Assembly (NCBI GenBank): GCA_017503725.1
Contig: JAFVSL010000003.1
Location: 6,236 to 70,235, forward strand
Length of the DNA stretch: 64,000 nucleotides
Source of the DNA: Alphaproteobacteria bacterium
GTDB lineage: Bacteria; Pseudomonadota; Alphaproteobacteria; Rs-D84
Direction of reading: 5' to 3'
Shown here: piece by piece, positions 39,401-48,221 of the stretch
Layout: the number at the start of each line of letters is the position of its first letter
Numbering within the stretch: the stretch's first letter is position 1
Translations under genes and position numbers: made by a program
Notes under the pieces: model-generated
What the model was told of the DNA's origin: nothing
Database searches by the model: none
The model's input: the letters and a program-made list of their open reading frames with translations, nothing else

Positions 39401-42400
39401 TATGCTGTAACATCGCCTGTGCCCTGGTTTTTATCCAGCGTAACCGTATATTTATTCGCGACACATTGCGGATTTGTGCCGTTTTTCGCAGTATAACCCG
39501 CATTGCACGTAATTGTATAAGAACAGGCTGCGTATTCAGCACTGGCCGTGTTGTATGGCGCGTTGGCTTCGTCTGGTGTTACAGTCTTGCTGTTTGTGAT
39601 GTCTGACGTTGTCAAAGAACAGGCACTGTAACAATCCGCCTCTGTTGCACGTGGCGCATTAGAACCGATTCCGTCATTTGCCGCACCGGTTTCGCCTGGA
39701 CAGGCGTGCGCGGCCATACTTTCTGTGTCCTCGGTCCCGTTTTCTACAACCGGTGCCGGACTGTAATATCCATCTGTTACCGGCGTACATGCGTTGCCAA
39801 CACCGCTATAGTAATAGCCCGCATCACACGTCAGCGCAATAGAGTCACAGTTTGTTGTGTATATTGCACTATTACCGCTACCACTTGTATACCAACAATC
39901 CCACTTTGCGGTACCAAAGTTGAATGTCATATCACCCCCATCGGTTGTAACCTTGCGACAGTCTGATATGCTGTCCGCACCAGCGGTGGTTGTTGCACCA
40001 TTCGCCGGACAAGTTTCCATACAACCGGTCGAGCCTTCGTTAATTTCGCCACTGCCCGGGCAATATTTTCCCAATTCACAGCGTGTACGCACACCGTTGT
40101 TGTAATAATATCCGGCCTCGCACGCAACCATATTCTGGTCCCAAATCGCATACAGGGTAATTTCACCACCATCCGACAGCAGGTTTTTAATACTGCCGTT
40201 TGCGACAATGGTTTTTCCTTTGCCGTCTTTCTGGGTATTCCAGACACTGAATGTCTTGTTCGGCATTTCAATTGTATCAGCGGCTGCACATTCCATATCA
40301 TACACGCATGTAACATCCGCAACATTCAGGCTTCCTGCATCTGTCGGATCAAAATGCACCGTAAATGTTGTTGGTGTCCAGTTTGCAACAACGGTTATGT
40401 GACCTGTTGTGCCCGCAACAATTTCATTGTTTTCAACCTTGTCACCGGTCCAACCATCAAAGATATAGCCCGTTTTTACAGGATCCTTTAATGCAATTGG
40501 CGTATCTGATATTGTATAAGCATCCGGATTTTCGGCATTGTTGGTACCGCCGTCCAAATCATATGTAATCACATACGAATCAGAAGTCCAGTTCGCAGTC
40601 AGAACCATATCGCCGATTGAACCATTTATAATCTGTGTAACCGTATTGCCATTTGCGTCGGTCCACTTGCTGAAAGTAAACCCTGTTTTTTCTGGTTTCT
40701 TTAAAACGATAGTGTTTGTTTCAACAGTGTACTCATCTGGGTTAGATTCACCGGTCTTATAAGTCCCGCCATTAAGATTGTATGTAATCTTATAGGTAAC
40801 AGGTGTCCACTTTGCCCAGAATTCTTTGTTGCCGATTGTGCCTGCTGAAATCTCGGTAACACTTGTGTTGAAACCGCTGTCGCTGAACCAGCCACCAAAA
40901 TCATAACCACGTTTTGTTGGATTGGATAACACAAATGCATCTTCAATTGTATATGTTTCTGGGTTTGAATTGCCCGCATAATATCCGCCATTCAAGTTGT
41001 ATTTGATGGTATACGAATTTGGCGTCCACTGTGCAACAAGCGTTATGTCTGCCGTATACGTGTTATTTGCAGGCAACAGACCATCTGTGCCGATAACAAG
41101 TGTACCCTTGCTATCATAATAGCCCATAAATGTATAACCATTGCGTGTAGGCAATACAATCGATTCCAAGGACGCACCACCGGCGGCATTGTCATACCAG
41201 CCAACCGTATATGTTTGATAAACGGTGCCCTGACCACCAACGCCGTTATTATCATTCAGCGTAACCGCATATGTGCCCGGTGTACATGATGCAACATCCG
41301 ATGCCGTCATTGGTGAACCATACAATGTTTTTCTATAACCATATTGAACCGCAGACGTCGTATTTGCAACATATCCAGCATCACAAACAAATGTAAACGA
41401 ACAGAAAGAGGTTGGTGTACAAACCGTCTGTGGATACCAACGATATCCCTTGTTAGGCAATGTACCTTCTGTACACGTGGCGTGTTCTGGACAGTGGTTT
41501 ATATTGCCAGACACTTCTCCTTGCTCATTTATAACATAATCGTTCGCATAATCACACGTTGGTGCACAGGCATCATAACAAGCATTTGGACCATTCTGTA
41601 TCGAAGCCATAGAAGAATAGTTATAAAAGTCAACGGGTTCCAAACTCTCGCACGTTGCGCTGCAGGTTGGATATTCTTCAGACATGTAATAGCCCGATTT
41701 ACACACGGTTTGTGAAGAATATAAATCAACCGGACACGCTGTGCTAGATACAACACACTCTTCTGAATCGTAATACTGTACGCCGGACAACTTTGTGTCA
41801 GAAAGAAATTCGCATTTTAAGAAATTTCCTGGACAACTGCTTGGTACTACACAGCTTATCTCACAAGTCTTGTAACACTGTTGTTCGGCGTCGCCGGCAA
41901 CACAAATATTGTAAGTGCCCTGATATTCGGCGCCCAGCGCAGAACACGACGTTGTACAACTTGAGCATACGCCATTGCTTGGGTATGTGCCACTTGCGCA
42001 ACCACAGGCACCATCTTCAGTGCTGTTGCACGCATTCCATTGTGCGGTAAAGGTCAGACTGGCCGTACAGGTGCCCTTTGTGACTGATGTGACCGTCGCA
42101 CCCGTGTCATCCTTCCATCCTGCAAATGTATAACCCGCGCGTGCAATGTTATCAGCCGTCGGCAGGGCAAACGTATCCGTATCCGCATTACACGACAACA
42201 TATAGTCACCGCTCCATTTTGTGTCGTCTGGGGTTACGTATGTGATGGTCTTTGCCCCTTCGGCAACATATTCTGCGGTAAATGTTTTTCCACTTGTATA
42301 AGTCCATAGAAAATCTGTTCCCGCGGTGTGAATTGTTGTCCCGTCATTCCAGTGGCTGAAATCATAACCAACTGGTTCGGTGCAAGTATTTGTCGCCGGT

Positions 42401-45400
42401 GCAAAGCCCGTATTATAGATTGCCGTTGCATTTGCCGGTGCGGTACCCGTTCCGTCGCCACAATTGTATGTAACGGTATAGGACTTTGGAGTACATACAC
42501 AGGACAAGCCGGTGCATTTTGGTGTTTCGTAACCCGTGGCGCATTCCGCACTTGCCACACAGGTGTTATTAGAAACACTGACCGAACACGTTGATACACC
42601 GGTACCCTTGGTGCAATCTGCACACTTGGTCCATTTTGCGGTGAACGACATTTCGGATACACACGTGCCCGCCGCAACAGATGTTGCCTTTTCCCCCGTT
42701 GCGTCGTTGTACCATCCATCAAATGTATGACCAGCGCGTGTAATTGTTGGCAATGTGATATCGCCCGACATAACGTTACATTCTGTGTCACTGACCGTTG
42801 TTCCACCGTTTTCATTAAATGTAACATTGTTCATACCGCCAACAGCCCACTGGGCATATAGTGTCGTTGCCTTTGCAATATCCCAGGTGCGTGCCGATTG
42901 ACCCACCGCAGTATAGTACTGTGTGCCACCCGTCTTGGCATCAAACCAACCTGTGAACACGTATCCAGCCTTTGTTGGTGCGGTCGCACTGATTGCCGGC
43001 ATTGTGCTGTCATACGTTGCTAAAACATCTGCTGACTGACCGCCTGTACCACCATTTGCGTCAAACGATATTGTGTACTGGTTCGCCGTCTTACAGGCAT
43101 AGTATGTGCTGTTTGACGGTGTTGTAAACGTGCTTACCTTAGCGGTACAGGATTGGGATGTTCCCCAACCGCCTGTAAATGTATATCCGGTCTGTGTCAG
43201 GACAGATGCATCACCAAAATTACAATCTGCACCCTGGTAACAGGTCACAGATGCGCCAAGCGAACCGGCCCCGCCATTTTTATCCAGCGTTATCACGCGA
43301 TAACAGTCGGATGATGAATCGTGGTCTGCCGCTGTTGTGCCGGTGATGGTATATCCAGTCGTACAACTGTTTGCGCAACTGGTTGCAGACGAACCGTTTG
43401 TGATCTGGTATTTACCTGTTCCACATACAACGCACGACAGGGTTGCGCCATTCACATATGCACCGGCTTTGGCTGTAACAGATGTAACAGTTGGCACACA
43501 CGCGGTCTCGGTTGTAATGCCATAAAAGTCTTTATAATTGCAAGACGCCCATGTCGCACTGTGACAGTTTGTTGGGATATTGCCCTTGGTAACCGTTACA
43601 AGATTATAACAATCTTCTTTTGCATCAGCCCCCAGTTCACTGTCCGGATATTCCGTCGGACAGGTCCCAGTAATCCCCTGATTAACAGAGGTGCTATATG
43701 TGTATTCACCACCACCACAGTAACTGTCTTCTGGACAGGATTCACACTGTGTTTTTAACATTGGCAAATATTCGCCTTTGTCACACGTATATTTGTTGGC
43801 GGTCCATTGTGCGGCCAGTGTCGTGTTCCCCACCGTTGTATAGGTGTATTCGGTGTTCGCCTTTGGGTACTTGCCGTTCCAACCCGTAAATGTATATCCC
43901 GTACGGGCACACATAGCCCCTGGCTGGGTTGTGAATTTATCGTCAAATGTCACCGTTTGTGTATTGCTGTATGGGGTTTGAGTATTGCCACCATTACAAT
44001 TATAAGTGACTGTATATTCATTTGGGGTTAATTTACCATAGACCGTGATATTTCCCGTGCCAGATGTCTTTGTAATTCTGTTGTTGTATGCGGCATCATT
44101 AAACCAACCGCCAAACGTATATCCGGCTTTGGATGCGTCTGTGAACGTCACAGGCGATTCGACCGTATAGGTTGTAGCATTGCTGTGTGTCGCACCATCA
44201 GCGATTTTATATGTAATTGTATATGATACTGCATCACCCCAAATTGCATATAGCGAAACGCTGCCATTATTATTGGTTGTCAGGTTGGAAACGCTTTCTT
44301 TGTCTGAATATTCAACATTGCCATCACTGCTGCGTGCCCATCCCTGGAATTTTAGACCGTCTTTTGTAAACTTGTTTTCGCTCAGATTTTGTGCAACACC
44401 ATATGTAAATGACTGGCTGCTCATTGTGCCCGAACCGGTATTTGCATTAAACGTAACCGTATATTTATTTGGTGTAGCGGAACATTTGCTTACGTTGTTA
44501 CTGGACGTGCCACAGGTTGCTGTATTATATCCTGCCGACGCGGTTGCTGTTGCGGTACCACAGATGCCCAACGGTGCACTTGGTGTACAGGATGCAACAC
44601 CTGTTCCCCGGTCACAGGTACACTCTGCGCCCCAGACTGCGTACAAATTAACCTTGGCGCCGTCTACACTGCTCAGGTTTGATACACTTTGTTTGTTGGC
44701 GTATTTGGCACTGCTTGCGCCACTGGTTTCGGCCCAACCCAAGAACTGTTTCGCGCCATTTGTGAATCCATTTGTGGACAAGGTGTCCGACTTGTTGTAT
44801 GTGTGCGTGCTGGTTGCGGTTGTTCCAGAACCACCATTTGCATTATATACAATCGTATATGTAATCGGATCACAACTTGGGTTATACGCTCCGGAATTTG
44901 AGATGTCCTTGTACCCGGTTGCACAGTTGGTTGCATAAGAACACTGGTTATTCACGACACTTAACACACAGGTCGCACCCGTTCCCTCTGCACACGCTGT
45001 ACAGGCGCTCCACACCGCATACAGTGTCTTTTCACCACTTGTGATAATATTTTTGATACTTGCGCCCGGCGCGTATTCGGCCACCGTTGCATTGTTTGTC
45101 GATGCCCAACCTTGGAAAGTACTGTTGGTCTTCAACATTGTACCCTGGCTTGTCGCCAAACAGGTCCCATTATAAGAACAGTTCTGCGAACTGACCGCTG
45201 GTACGCCAGAGGTTGCGCCGTTTGTATCATATTTAATGGTTATCGAATTTGCAGAACACGCATAATTATAAGATGTAGAACCAACCGTGCCCGTGTATGT
45301 CCCGCTGGTCCCATAGCCATTGTTACAAGTAACTGTACATTTTGGTGCGTTTGTCGTTGTGTTCGCTGGTTTCGCGGTTCCATTATCAGCACTGCAAGTT

Positions 45401-46608
45401 GGTGTTTCCCAAACTGCGTATACAGTTGTGGTCGCCTTGAATGTCAAAGCAGTGCTGCCACTTGTGGCGTCGTTTGATGTGGCCCATCCTTTGAATATCT
45501 TTGCGCCATTGCTAAGCCCGCAAGAAGATGCGTTCCACGATGGTAATGTGCAGGCCTTATTATAGTAACACGTTGCCGAACCATCAGATGTGCTGGATGT
45601 ACCACCACAGGTGCCCGACCCACCATTTTTATTTAATGTAATTGTGAAATAACAGTCATTTTCTGTTTTTGCGCTTGTTGCACTGGTACCCGCCGGACAT
45701 ATTGTCAGACCCGCATCAACACCGCTGTTTGACCCGGCTACGCCCTTGCAATAATTGCCGGCCGTACACTGTGCACATTTCGCTGTATCTGCATCCCAAT
45801 ATGTACCGGCCTCACAATCATATGTGCTACCACCCCAAATCGCATAAAGTTTTACATTGTCTGCCGGTGTGTATTCGCCGGTGCTGCCGCTTGTGGCGGT
45901 GCTTGATGTGGCCCAGCCATTAAAGATATATCCGGCGCGTTCAGGGGTTGGCATTGTTACGGGTACTCCCGTCCATTGGGCATACAACGTTAAATTTTTT
46001 GAGGTTGCTTTGATTTGTGTTGTTCCGGCGTCTGTTATATATCCAGTTGCACCAACAAGTTGTGTGCCACCCGTTGCCGCAGTGAAATATCCATTAAATG
46101 TGTACGTGGCAGTTTGGGATGTTGTGGCAACTGTACCACCGTTTGCATCATATGTAATTGTATATGAACGCTTTGGTACGGTAATTGGGTTCGCAGATGT
46201 GGTCATAACCTTTGTGCGCGCGGCGTCCAAATACACATTTGTTCCATATTTCCCATAGATTTTAGTTGTGCCGGCGGTTGTCGCACTTGTGTTATTCAAA
46301 GTAATAGTTGTTTCAATTAGCGAACAAGCTGTTGTTGTGGTAGTGGTTGCCCCCGTTGTGGTGCCACCAACACTGTATCCGGTTGAACACGTACAGGCCG
46401 ACGCCGAATTTTCATCGGTCGTAGAGGAATTTTCTGGACACGCCACACAGGAATTTCCGACCTCGGTTCCATTCAGATAATACCCTGCATTACAGGACGT
46501 ATACATCTTGATATCGTCACAGATGTATCCCGCCGCAAACGAATTCGTTGTGAAAACGACACCCGCAAATAATACAAAAAACCTCAGGAAACAGCGTATT
46601 TTTCCCAT
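36484..46608 (-). CDS. giant secreted cysteine-rich mosaic protein (3,374 aa): Listeria/Bacteroides-type B-repeat modules plus CxxGYY cysteine-rich repeats; putative surface adhesin/host-interaction protein
   Basis: Uninterrupted 10.1-kb frame. ATG 46608 with a gagaggaag SD. Signal peptide MGKIRCFLRFFVLFAGVVFTTNSFA.
- About 19 modules resemble YT[VI]T[FY]xxNGG....GY.F.GW......[LF][YT]A.W (Flg_new/InlB B-repeat-like), spanning roughly 40140-46100.
- A Cys-rich insert lies at about 41350-42030.
- The C-terminal region 36484-40140 is dominated by C-x-[AGP]-G-Y-Y...C...G-x-Y repeats resembling ephrin-receptor-like/GCC2_GCC3/VSP-type modules. Confidence 0.85.
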   Translation of the reverse strand: MGKIRCFLRFFVLFAGVVFTTNSFAAGYICDDIKMYTSCNAGYYLNGTEVGNSCVACPENSSTTDENSASACTCSTGYSVGGTTTGATTTTTTACSLIETTITLNNTSATTAGTTKIYGKYGTNVYLDAARTKVMTTSANPITVPKRSYTITYDANGGTVATTSQTATYTFNGYFTAATGGTQLVGATGYITDAGTTQIKATSKNLTLYAQWTGVPVTMPTPERAGYIFNGWATSSTATSGSTGEYTPADNVKLYAIWGGSTYDCEAGTYWDADTAKCAQCTAGNYCKGVAGSNSGVDAGLTICPAGTSATSAKTENDCYFTITLNKNGGSGTCGGTSSTSDGSATCYYNKACTLPSWNASSCGLSNGAKIFKGWATSNDATSGSTALTFKATTTVYAVWETPTCSADNGTAKPANTTTNAPKCTVTCNNGYGTSGTYTGTVGSTSYNYACSANSITIKYDTNGATSGVPAVSSQNCSYNGTCLATSQGTMLKTNSTFQGWASTNNATVAEYAPGASIKNIITSGEKTLYAVWSACTACAEGTGATCVLSVVNNQCSYATNCATGYKDISNSGAYNPSCDPITYTIVYNANGGSGTTATSTHTYNKSDTLSTNGFTNGAKQFLGWAETSGASSAKYANKQSVSNLSSVDGAKVNLYAVWGAECTCDRGTGVASCTPSAPLGICGTATATASAGYNTATCGTSSNNVSKCSATPNKYTVTFNANTGSGTMSSQSFTYGVAQNLSENKFTKDGLKFQGWARSSDGNVEYSDKESVSNLTTNNNGSVSLYAIWGDAVSYTITYKIADGATHSNATTYTVESPVTFTDASKAGYTFGGWFNDAAYNNRITKTSGTGNITVYGKLTPNEYTVTYNCNGGNTQTPYSNTQTVTFDDKFTTQPGAMCARTGYTFTGWNGKYPKANTEYTYTTVGNTTLAAQWTANKYTCDKGEYLPMLKTQCESCPEDSYCGGGEYTYSTSVNQGITGTCPTEYPDSELGADAKEDCYNLVTVTKGNIPTNCHSATWASCNYKDFYGITTETACVPTVTSVTAKAGAYVNGATLSCVVCGTGKYQITNGSSATSCANSCTTGYTITGTTAADHDSSSDCYRVITLDKNGGAGSLGASVTCYQGADCNFGDASVLTQTGYTFTGGWGTSQSCTAKVSTFTTPSNSTYYACKTANQYTISFDANGGTGGQSADVLATYDSTMPAISATAPTKAGYVFTGWFDAKTGGTQYYTAVGQSARTWDIAKATTLYAQWAVGGMNNVTFNENGGTTVSDTECNVMSGDITLPTITRAGHTFDGWYNDATGEKATSVAAGTCVSEMSFTAKWTKCADCTKGTGVSTCSVSVSNNTCVASAECATGYETPKCTGLSCVCTPKSYTVTYNCGDGTGTAPANATAIYNTGFAPATNTCTEPVGYDFSHWNDGTTIHTAGTDFLWTYTSGKTFTAEYVAEGAKTITYVTPDDTKWSGDYMLSCNADTDTFALPTADNIARAGYTFAGWKDDTGATVTSVTKGTCTASLTFTAQWNACNSTEDGACGCASGTYPSNGVCSSCTTSCSALGAEYQGTYNICVAGDAEQQCYKTCEISCVVPSSCPGNFLKCEFLSDTKLSGVQYYDSEECVVSSTACPVDLYSSQTVCKSGYYMSEEYPTCSATCESLEPVDFYNYSSMASIQNGPNACYDACAPTCDYANDYVINEQGEVSGNINHCPEHATCTEGTLPNKGYRWYPQTVCTPTSFCSFTFVCDAGYVANTTSAVQYGYRKTLYGSPMTASDVASCTPGTYAVTLNDNNGVGGQGTVYQTYTVGWYDNAAGGASLESIVLPTRNGYTFMGYYDSKGTLVIGTDGLLPANNTYTADITLVAQWTPNSYTIKYNLNGGYYAGNSNPETYTIEDAFVLSNPTKRGYDFGGWFSDSGFNTSVTEISAGTIGNKEFWAKWTPVTYKITYNLNGGTYKTGESNPDEYTVETNTIVLKKPEKTGFTFSKWTDANGNTVTQIINGSIGDMVLTANWTSDSYVITYDLDGGTNNAENPDAYTISDTPIALKDPVKTGYIFDGWTGDKVENNEIVAGTTGHITVVANWTPTTFTVHFDPTDAGSLNVADVTCVYDMECAAADTIEMPNKTFSVWNTQKDGKGKTIVANGSIKNLLSDGGEITLYAIWDQNMVACEAGYYYNNGVRTRCELGKYCPGSGEINEGSTGCMETCPANGATTTAGADSISDCRKVTTDGGDMTFNFGTAKWDCWYTSGSGNSAIYTTNCDSIALTCDAGYYYSGVGNACTPVTDGYYSPAPVVENGTEDTESMAAHACPGETGAANDGIGSNAPRATEADCYSACSLTTSDITNSKTVTPDEANAPYNTASAEYAACSYTITCNAGYTAKNGTNPQCVANKYTVTLDKNQGTGDVTAYVECTFDSGACKLPATDGLARAGYVSANKWCTNANGSGACYAANVATSENISANGSDTKLYAIWEPDVFKIELVASDATENATQKPVYLKYTVGWFEDVAANKALTTIDTSALPGKSGYNFAGYSVGDVMIIDAAGTLQNTNAALRVTTNDTTANVVWSEGDTVCEAGYYYPGRGGDCVVCAADHWCPGGTYPTDTGVVGGHEICPDGGISAGGASATNSGVCYKQGLAYTSTTGKASGTQTCNYDEDTKAYDASCRDHSVKKCVAGYYYVSGIDCVEVGINHYSGTDDLKRYECPENGLTGTLTTADDAGECYKTVEYNATYGAGTQVCNYTSDNADGSAKYATNCRDKYITTCQGGYYRENAAAIDCTAVGYDAYSEPGSLNRTPCPDGGDTNVDNAAESTSCFKAENPFTSDHGSGFQYCIYSPENKGYTECRARMFQKCDPGYYWNAIGDTDCTKVGYGFFGPVADAGNEGRPTARQGCATFDGRAGQTESDTSSDASACFMTEMPCSVAHGGGIKTCGYNTNAEDYSSDCTACMLDTCDEKYYINNNQCDICPAGSICDESTRTGFDGVANAEPQVCSALFDGRYPESDAGSTNVGQCFGDCDAPINVTTMVGRDYQGADMTDTCEIQVCDTRYYLAGDKSQCELCPENSVCDAMSGSDIDLDGTPDGVPMTCDELTGGTHKLSGAGSTKIEQCYTTCEDYEILGGMAIRDSDTVQYDNVCTFKGMSETGNPCEIQTIKGYETCVETSCNPDYELIDGRCQRCERANATAYKPNGNCLVAKCHTGFHPEGDQCADDVKTCTAPNAYAASQTWDNKLGAFGICKITECVDGYHVSSNACVPDVEVCSVEHGTGTREWDENRGTWGECIATSCEPGYTNDSYESDEPNKQCGRCRNAKSVLGQDAASSYIEGCTIAACMYQGELYNLENNECVPICPVGEEYEDETGTMIWNPDTKKCERKCNPGYMSW

Positions 46609-46741
46609 ATCTTCCTCTCTTTTGTCTTTTATGGTAGTAAAAATGCGCCATATCGCGCAAGGGGAAATATTAAAAATCAATTTAAAAAATATATTTGACG
46701 CATTTTTGGTGCTTGACTTTTTATAAAAGTGTATTTTTTTG

Positions 46742-46772
46742 TAAAAAAAGTCCCAGCCGGATGGCTGGGACT
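46742..46772 (-). terminator. rho-independent terminator after tRNA-Met
   Basis: gtcccagcc-ggat-ggctgggac hairpin followed (minus strand) by a T-run. Confidence 0.8.
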
Positions 46773-46777
46773 AATCC

Positions 46778-46853
46778 TGGTGGGTTAGGTAGGACTTGAA
46801 CCCACGACCAAAGCGTTATGAGCGCTCCGCTCTAACCACTGAGCTACTAACCC
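46778..46853 (-). tRNA. tRNA with CAT anticodon (elongator Met or Ile2-lysidine type), CCA encoded
   Basis: Minus strand: acceptor GGGTTAG/CTAACCC, D arm TAGC..., anticodon stem GAGCG/CGCTT with loop CTCATAA, T arm GTGGG-TTCAAGT-CCTAC, then ACCA. It lacks the three G-C pairs of initiator tRNA. TTGCAC-N16-TATAAT promoter just upstream (about 46865-46893). Confidence 0.85.
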
Positions 46854-46937
46854 ACGGCGCCCATTATATATTATTTATAATTTCGTGCAAGACAATTTTT
46901 TGTTCTATTTAATGAATTTTTATGTAATGATGCGCGT

Positions 46938-48221
46938 ATGGGTCTGATTGCACCGATTTTAAATGATGTTCAGATATCTGCGTTTAATGCGATTGAACGC
47001 ACAAATTCTAATATTCTTATCCTGGGCCAGGCGGGAACGGGCAAATCTACATTTGTGAATTATTTAAAGTCTGCATCGAAAAAACGTATCGTTTGTGCGT
47101 GTCCAACGGCGGTGTCGGCGTTAAATATCGGTGGCCAAACGATTCATTCCCTGTTTCAGATTCAGCCACGCGATTTCATTATGCCCGAATTGTTAAAATT
47201 AAAGGCAAAGCCACGCAATATCCTAAATGCCACGGATGTGTTAATTATAGACGAGATTTCAATGGTTGCGCCCGATTTACTGGACGCAATTGATATCTTG
47301 GCACGTATGGCGCGTCACAACAATGCCCCCTTTGGCGGGATTCAGGTTGTTGCCATCGGGGATTTGTTCCAATTACCCCCGGTTATAACGCGTGAAGCAA
47401 TGTCTTACTATGAATCCGCGTACGAACATCCAAATTCTTATTTCTTTGACAGCAACGTTTATAAGCGTGCTAATTTTATTCGGTTCAGTTTTGATATGGT
47501 TTATCGTCAAAATGATGGGGCGCTATTGGAAAATCTGACCAGGCTGCGTAATCGCAATATCGATGCACTAAATTTCTTTAACGATTGCAAGATAGAAGAT
47601 GCCGAACGTCGTGCAAATGCTGTTTTAATAACACCGTTTCGTGACACGGCCGAACGAATAAATTCGTCGCGCCTGGCCCAAATTGATGCGCCGGAAATAG
47701 TATATACCGGAACATTGTCTGGAACATTTTCAGAACGCGATGTCCCTGCGCCATTGAACCTTACGTTAAAGGTTGGTGCGTTGGTTGTTTTTGTGAAAAA
47801 TGGCGACAAATGGCACAATGGTTCAATGGGGATTGTGCGCGCAATGTCTGCGCGTGACATAACCGTACAATTGTTGTCTGATAATCGTGAAATTGTATCG
47901 GTAAAACCTGAAAAGTGGGAAAAGATAGAATATTCCCGTGATGAAAACGATAGAATTGTCGAAAACGAAGTAGGGGGATATAAACAATTTCCGCTGAATC
48001 TGGGGTATGCAATGACCATACACAAGGCCCAGGGAAAAACACTGGATGCGGTTGTTGTAGATATGTCGCGTGGCGCATTCGCCCACGGTCAGACTTATGT
48101 TGCGTTGTCCCGCACACGTGCGGCCACCGATATGCATATTTCGTCGCCCCTGCGACCACGCGATGTTATTTTTGATGATCGTGTACTTGAATTTGTGGGG
48201 ATCGATATGCCACACGCATAA
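46938..48221 (+). CDS. PIF1/RecD-like superfamily 1 DNA helicase
   Basis: Walker A GQAGTGKST, Walker B LIIDEISMV, then GDLFQLPPV, TIHKAQGKTLD and YVALSRTR motifs in the order typical of Pif1-family helicases. Confidence 0.8.
   Translation: MGLIAPILNDVQISAFNAIERTNSNILILGQAGTGKSTFVNYLKSASKKRIVCACPTAVSALNIGGQTIHSLFQIQPRDFIMPELLKLKAKPRNILNATDVLIIDEISMVAPDLLDAIDILARMARHNNAPFGGIQVVAIGDLFQLPPVITREAMSYYESAYEHPNSYFFDSNVYKRANFIRFSFDMVYRQNDGALLENLTRLRNRNIDALNFFNDCKIEDAERRANAVLITPFRDTAERINSSRLAQIDAPEIVYTGTLSGTFSERDVPAPLNLTLKVGALVVFVKNGDKWHNGSMGIVRAMSARDITVQLLSDNREIVSVKPEKWEKIEYSRDENDRIVENEVGGYKQFPLNLGYAMTIHKAQGKTLDAVVVDMSRGAFAHGQTYVALSRTRAATDMHISSPLRPRDVIFDDRVLEFVGIDMPHA

Noticed and set aside
36546-46480. 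Dozens of 60-250-aa ORFs in other frames or on the opposite strand inside the giant gene (e.g. 44180-44938 +, 42234-42827 -, 38554-39090 +).
   Set aside because: All are nested in a single uninterrupted 10.1-kb frame that has a start, SD, signal peptide, coherent repeat architecture and a terminator. Their translations are low-complexity shadows with no motifs.
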